Shown piece by piece: positions 29,032-32,000 of a DNA stretch of 32,000 nt (within the stretch, counting starts at the first letter, position 1; each line of letters starts with the position of its first letter). The notes beneath the pieces were generated by a model that was not told the origin of the DNA, made no database searches, and saw only the letters and a program-made list of their open reading frames with translations. Position numbers and translations under genes: made by a program. This DNA comes from Edaphobacter aggregans. GTDB taxonomy: Bacteria > Acidobacteriota > Terriglobia > Terriglobales > Acidobacteriaceae. The stretch lies in NCBI RefSeq assembly GCF_003945235.1, contig NZ_RSDW01000001.1, positions 4,020,001 to 4,052,000 on the forward strand. The letters are read 5' to 3'.

Positions 29032-32000
29032 CTACACAGTCGTGGAGGTGATTTGTACTAGTTTGTCTGCGGGGGATGTGCCGGGGACGTGGTAATCGGT
29101 GCGGGCCCATTTGCGTTCGATTTCGAGGCCGGGTTGCGGGGTGCGGTTGCCGTAGCGGAAGTTTCGGCGCGGTAGTGGGTCTTCGCCTTGTTCGGGGAGG
29201 ACGGTCATGATGACGGCGGTCTCCTTGTAGGCGGGGGTGTGGGTGTTGCGGTCGGTGAAGCTGCTGGTGAGGCGGTTGACGGGCTCAACGACAGAGTTGA
29301 TGGGCATGTAAAGCTGTTTGCCCTGGACTCGGTCGGTGACGACGGCCTGCACGCGGACGATTCCGTAGGGGCTCATGAGCTGGACGTAGCGGCCGGTGGT
29401 GATGCCGCGCTCGGTGGCGAGTTCGGGTGAGATTTCGAGGAAGGTGGAGGGGGACAGGACTTTGAAGCCGGGAGTCCGATAGGTCATGCTGCCCTGCTGG
29501 AACTGTTCAAGGAGACGGCCGTTGTTGAGATGGAGGTCGAACTCGGGGTTGGACTCTATGCAGGGGGGGATGTACTCGATGGGGTAGAAGCGGGCCTTGC
29601 CGTCGGGGAAGGGGAATTTTTCGGTGAAGAGGAGGGGAGAGTCTTTGCCGTCGGCGGCGATGGGCCACTGGAGGCTCTTGTAACCTTCGAGGCGATCGTA
29701 GTTGACGCCGGCGAAGAGAGGGGTGAGGCGGGCGACTTCGTCCATGATCTCGGAGGGGTGGCTGTAGTTCCAGTGGCCGCCCATGCGGTTGGCGATGAGC
29801 TGGATGATCTCCCAGTCGGCTTTGGATTCGCCGAGGGGTTCGATGGCTTTGTAGATTCGCTGGATGCGGCGTTCGGTGCTGGTGAAGGTGCCGTCTTTTT
29901 CGAGGGAAGCGGCGGCGGGGAGGACGATGTCGGCGAAGCGGCAGGTCTCGGAGAAGTTGATGTCCTGGACGATGAGGAACTCGCAGTTGCCGAGTGCGTC
30001 GCCGACGTCGCCGGCGTTGGCGTCTGAGGTGATGGTGTCTTCGCCTTTGATGTAGAGGCTCTTGAGTTTGCCTTCCTGGATGGCGCGGATCATCTCGTGG
30101 TTGTCGAGGCCTTTGCTGGTGGGGAGGGTGACGCCCCAGTCGGCTTCGAATTTTGCGCGGATGTCGGGGTCGTCGACTTTTTGGTAGCCAGAGAAGACGT
30201 TGGGCATGGAGCCTAGGTCGCTGGCTCCCTGGACATTGTTGTGTCCGCGGAGGGGGTAGGCTCCGGCGCCGGGGCGCATGTAGTTGCCGGTGACGAGGAG
30301 GAGGTTGGAGAGCGCGGTGGCGGTGTCGGAGCCTCCGCAATGCTGCGTGACGCCCATGGCGAAGAGGATGCAGACGCCGTCAGCGCGGGCGATCTCGTGG
30401 GCCACGGTGACGAGGGTGGCGGCGGGGATGCCGGTGATCTTTTCGGCGTATTCGAGGGTGAAGGGGTCGAGGGATTTTTTGTACTCGTCGAAGTTGTTGA
30501 CCCACTTGTTGACGAAGTCCATTTTGGCGAGGCCGCTGTCGATGATGTATTTGGCGACGGCAGAGAACCAGACGGCGTCGGTGGAGGGGTTGGGTCGCAT
30601 GAAGATGTCGGCGCGCTCGGCCATCTCGTGTTTGCGGAGGTCGGCTACGATGAGGCGCTGGCCGCGATGTTTGTGCGAACGCTTGACGCGGGTGCAGAGG
30701 ACGGGATGGTTTTCGGCGGGGTTGCAGCCGACCATGAGAATGAGGCCGGCTTTCTCGATGTCGGCGATGGAGCCGGAGTCGCCACCGTAGCCTACGGTGC
30801 GCTGGAGGCCCATGGTGGCGGGGTTCTGGCAGTAGCGGGCGCAGTTGTCGACGTTGTTGGTTCCGATGACGGCGCGGGCGAGCTTCTGCATGAGGAAGCT
30901 CTCTTCGTTGGTGCATTTGGAGGAGGCGATGAAGGCCAGGGCGTCGGGTCCGTGATCGGCTTTGATTTGCTTGAACTTTTTCTCGATGATGTCGAGGGCT
31001 TCGTCCCAGGTGATCTCGCGGAAGGATTCGCCGTCGCGGAGGAGTGGCTTGGTGAGGCGGTCGGGCGAGTTGATGTGGCCCCAGGCGAACTTGCCTTTGA
31101 CGCAGGTGGAGATGCCGTTTGCGGGGCCGTGCATGGGCTCGATTTTGAGGATGTGGCGATCTTTGGTCCAGACGTCGAAGGTGCAGCCGACGGCGCAGTA
31201 GGTGCAGACGGTCTTGGTGCGCTTGGTGTGCTCGTTGCGCATCGCGGATTCGATCTCAGAGAGGGTGAGGATGGGGCCGTAGCCGATGGGCGGCTCGACG
31301 CCTTTGACAACGTCGATCATGTCGTCGAGGACTTTTGGAGGGAGATTGGTGAAGTAGCCGGCCTGGCCGAGCATAGATTTTTCCATGAGCGCGTTGCAGG
31401 GGCAGACGGTGACGCAGTGGCCGCAGGAGACGCAGCTGGAGCCGTCGATCTTTTCGCCGCCGTCCCATAGGACACGAGGGTGGGCGCTCTCCCAGTTGAT
31501 GGTGAGGGTCTCGTTGACCTGGACGTTCTGGCAGGCTTCGACGCAGCGGCCGCAGAGGATGCACTGCTGGGGGTCGTAGCGGTAGAAGGGATTGGATAAG
31601 TCCTGCTCGTAGGGCTTGGGGGTGTAGGGGCGCTGCTGGTGCTTTACGTCAAGGTCTTTGGTGGTGTTGTGGATGGTGCAGTTCTGGTTGTTGTTGTCGC
31701 AGACGGTGCAGTAGAGCATGTGGTTCTGGAGGATGCGGTCGAAGGCTTCGCGCTGGGCGATGTCGACGGTCTCGCCTGCCGTTTCGATGGTCATGCCGGC
31801 GGTGACGGCAGTGGCGCAGGCGCGTGCCAGTTGCCCGTCGACTTTGACCATGCAGGTGTCGCAGCTTTGGATGGGGCCCATCTGCTGGACGTAGCAGACG
31901 TGGGGGACGGGCTTCTGGGCGCCGGATTCGGTGCGGCGATTGAGGAGGTCGATGAGCAGTTCGCCGGAGTGCGCGGGGAGGGGGATGCCGTCGATGGTGA
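29032..32000 (-). CDS. Formate dehydrogenase alpha subunit, Cys-type, with NuoG-like N-terminal Fe-S domains; 5' end beyond the right edge
   Basis: The frame stays open upstream of the track Met (31881) to base 32000: ...TIDGIPLPAHSGELLIDLLNRR...VPHVCYVQQMGPIQSCDTCMV (2Fe-2S domain). This is followed by CxxCxxxxxxC and 4Fe-4S ferredoxin clusters, the MopB domain (CTYCAVGC; DNCARYCQNP with Cys at the Mo-ligand position) and a C-terminal molybdopterin-binding barrel. Confidence 0.92.
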   Translation of the reverse strand, partial: TIDGIPLPAHSGELLIDLLNRRTESGAQKPVPHVCYVQQMGPIQSCDTCMVKVDGQLARACATAVTAGMTIETAGETVDIAQREAFDRILQNHMLYCTVCDNNNQNCTIHNTTKDLDVKHQQRPYTPKPYEQDLSNPFYRYDPQQCILCGRCVEACQNVQVNETLTINWESAHPRVLWDGGEKIDGSSCVSCGHCVTVCPCNALMEKSMLGQAGYFTNLPPKVLDDMIDVVKGVEPPIGYGPILTLSEIESAMRNEHTKRTKTVCTYCAVGCTFDVWTKDRHILKIEPMHGPANGISTCVKGKFAWGHINSPDRLTKPLLRDGESFREITWDEALDIIEKKFKQIKADHGPDALAFIASSKCTNEESFLMQKLARAVIGTNNVDNCARYCQNPATMGLQRTVGYGGDSGSIADIEKAGLILMVGCNPAENHPVLCTRVKRSHKHRGQRLIVADLRKHEMAERADIFMRPNPSTDAVWFSAVAKYIIDSGLAKMDFVNKWVNNFDEYKKSLDPFTLEYAEKITGIPAATLVTVAHEIARADGVCILFAMGVTQHCGGSDTATALSNLLLVTGNYMRPGAGAYPLRGHNNVQGASDLGSMPNVFSGYQKVDDPDIRAKFEADWGVTLPTSKGLDNHEMIRAIQEGKLKSLYIKGEDTITSDANAGDVGDALGNCEFLIVQDINFSETCRFADIVLPAAASLEKDGTFTSTERRIQRIYKAIEPLGESKADWEIIQLIANRMGGHWNYSHPSEIMDEVARLTPLFAGVNYDRLEGYKSLQWPIAADGKDSPLLFTEKFPFPDGKARFYPIEYIPPCIESNPEFDLHLNNGRLLEQFQQGSMTYRTPGFKVLSPSTFLEISPELATERGITTGRYVQLMSPYGIVRVQAVVTDRVQGKQLYMPINSVVEPVNRLTSSFTDRNTHTPAYKETAVIMTVLPEQGEDPLPRRNFRYGNRTPQPGLEIERKWARTDYHVPGTSPADKLVQITSTTV

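Noticed and set aside
29032-32000. Selenocysteine-type formate dehydrogenase with an in-frame TGA and a SECIS element.
   Set aside because: The reading frame is uninterrupted, and the Mo-ligand position is a Cys codon within DNCARYCQNP.
1-32000. The whole window as a prophage, integrative element or defence island.
   Set aside because: There is no integrase, recombinase, transposase, tRNA attachment site, phage structural gene, restriction-modification gene or known defence gene. Most genes are housekeeping or envelope functions on both strands. Only small compositionally deviant patches are present.

Overview
This is a high-GC bacterial chromosomal segment. I saw no rRNA, tRNA, CRISPR array, transposase, integrase or phage genes. 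The gene content and three families of short interspersed intergenic repeats ('gctcagaatgac', 'gatccctacgggatgac', 'caccgatt') fit an Acidobacteriota (Terriglobia-like) genome best; that placement is inference from memory, not a search result. I call about 35 protein-coding genes. On the minus strand: a partial bamD-like gene, rpe, a UvrC N-terminal-half homologue, pmbA, two small paralogous Cys-rich genes, tldD, a DUF1906-like gene, dus, rpmE, an OMP, nfeD, a TPR protein, kdsA, a MarR-GNAT fusion, a DUF1641 gene and a partial Cys-type formate dehydrogenase alpha subunit. On the plus strand: a padR-membrane protein pair, an esterase-like gene, a DUF2490-like OMP, an ester cyclase, a DinB/YfiT gene, a GNAT gene, a 537-aa protein with a NucS/RecB-like nuclease motif that overlaps a GH16 glucanase gene and a secreted hypothetical gene, a DnaC/DnaI-like ATPase, and a lower-GC patch with an OmpA-like gene. 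Several track ORFs carry spurious N-terminal extensions, which I trimmed using RBS and signal-peptide logic. Many long Pro/Arg/Gly-rich ORFs are antisense shadows. The window looks like core chromosome with small accessory patches, and I could not identify a recognisable defence or mobile system. The observations most worth follow-up are: (1) a tandem pair of uncharacterised four-Cys ~100-aa proteins, the first translationally coupled to tldD (TAATG overlap); (2) an orphan 537-aa protein with a C-terminal PD-(D/E)xK motif set, start/stop-overlapped with secreted-protein genes; (3) modular short repeat families, one copy of which sits inside the nfeD 5' coding region with no alternative start; (4) a 46-nt motif with two TGGTTWGTTG direct repeats, present upstream of two plus-strand genes; (5) palindromic PadR and MarR operator candidates and a near-consensus sigma54 promoter; (6) an esterase-family protein whose nucleophile Ser codon reads Phe. 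All identities and GC statements are by eye. Family names come from motif recognition and need HMM or BLAST confirmation.
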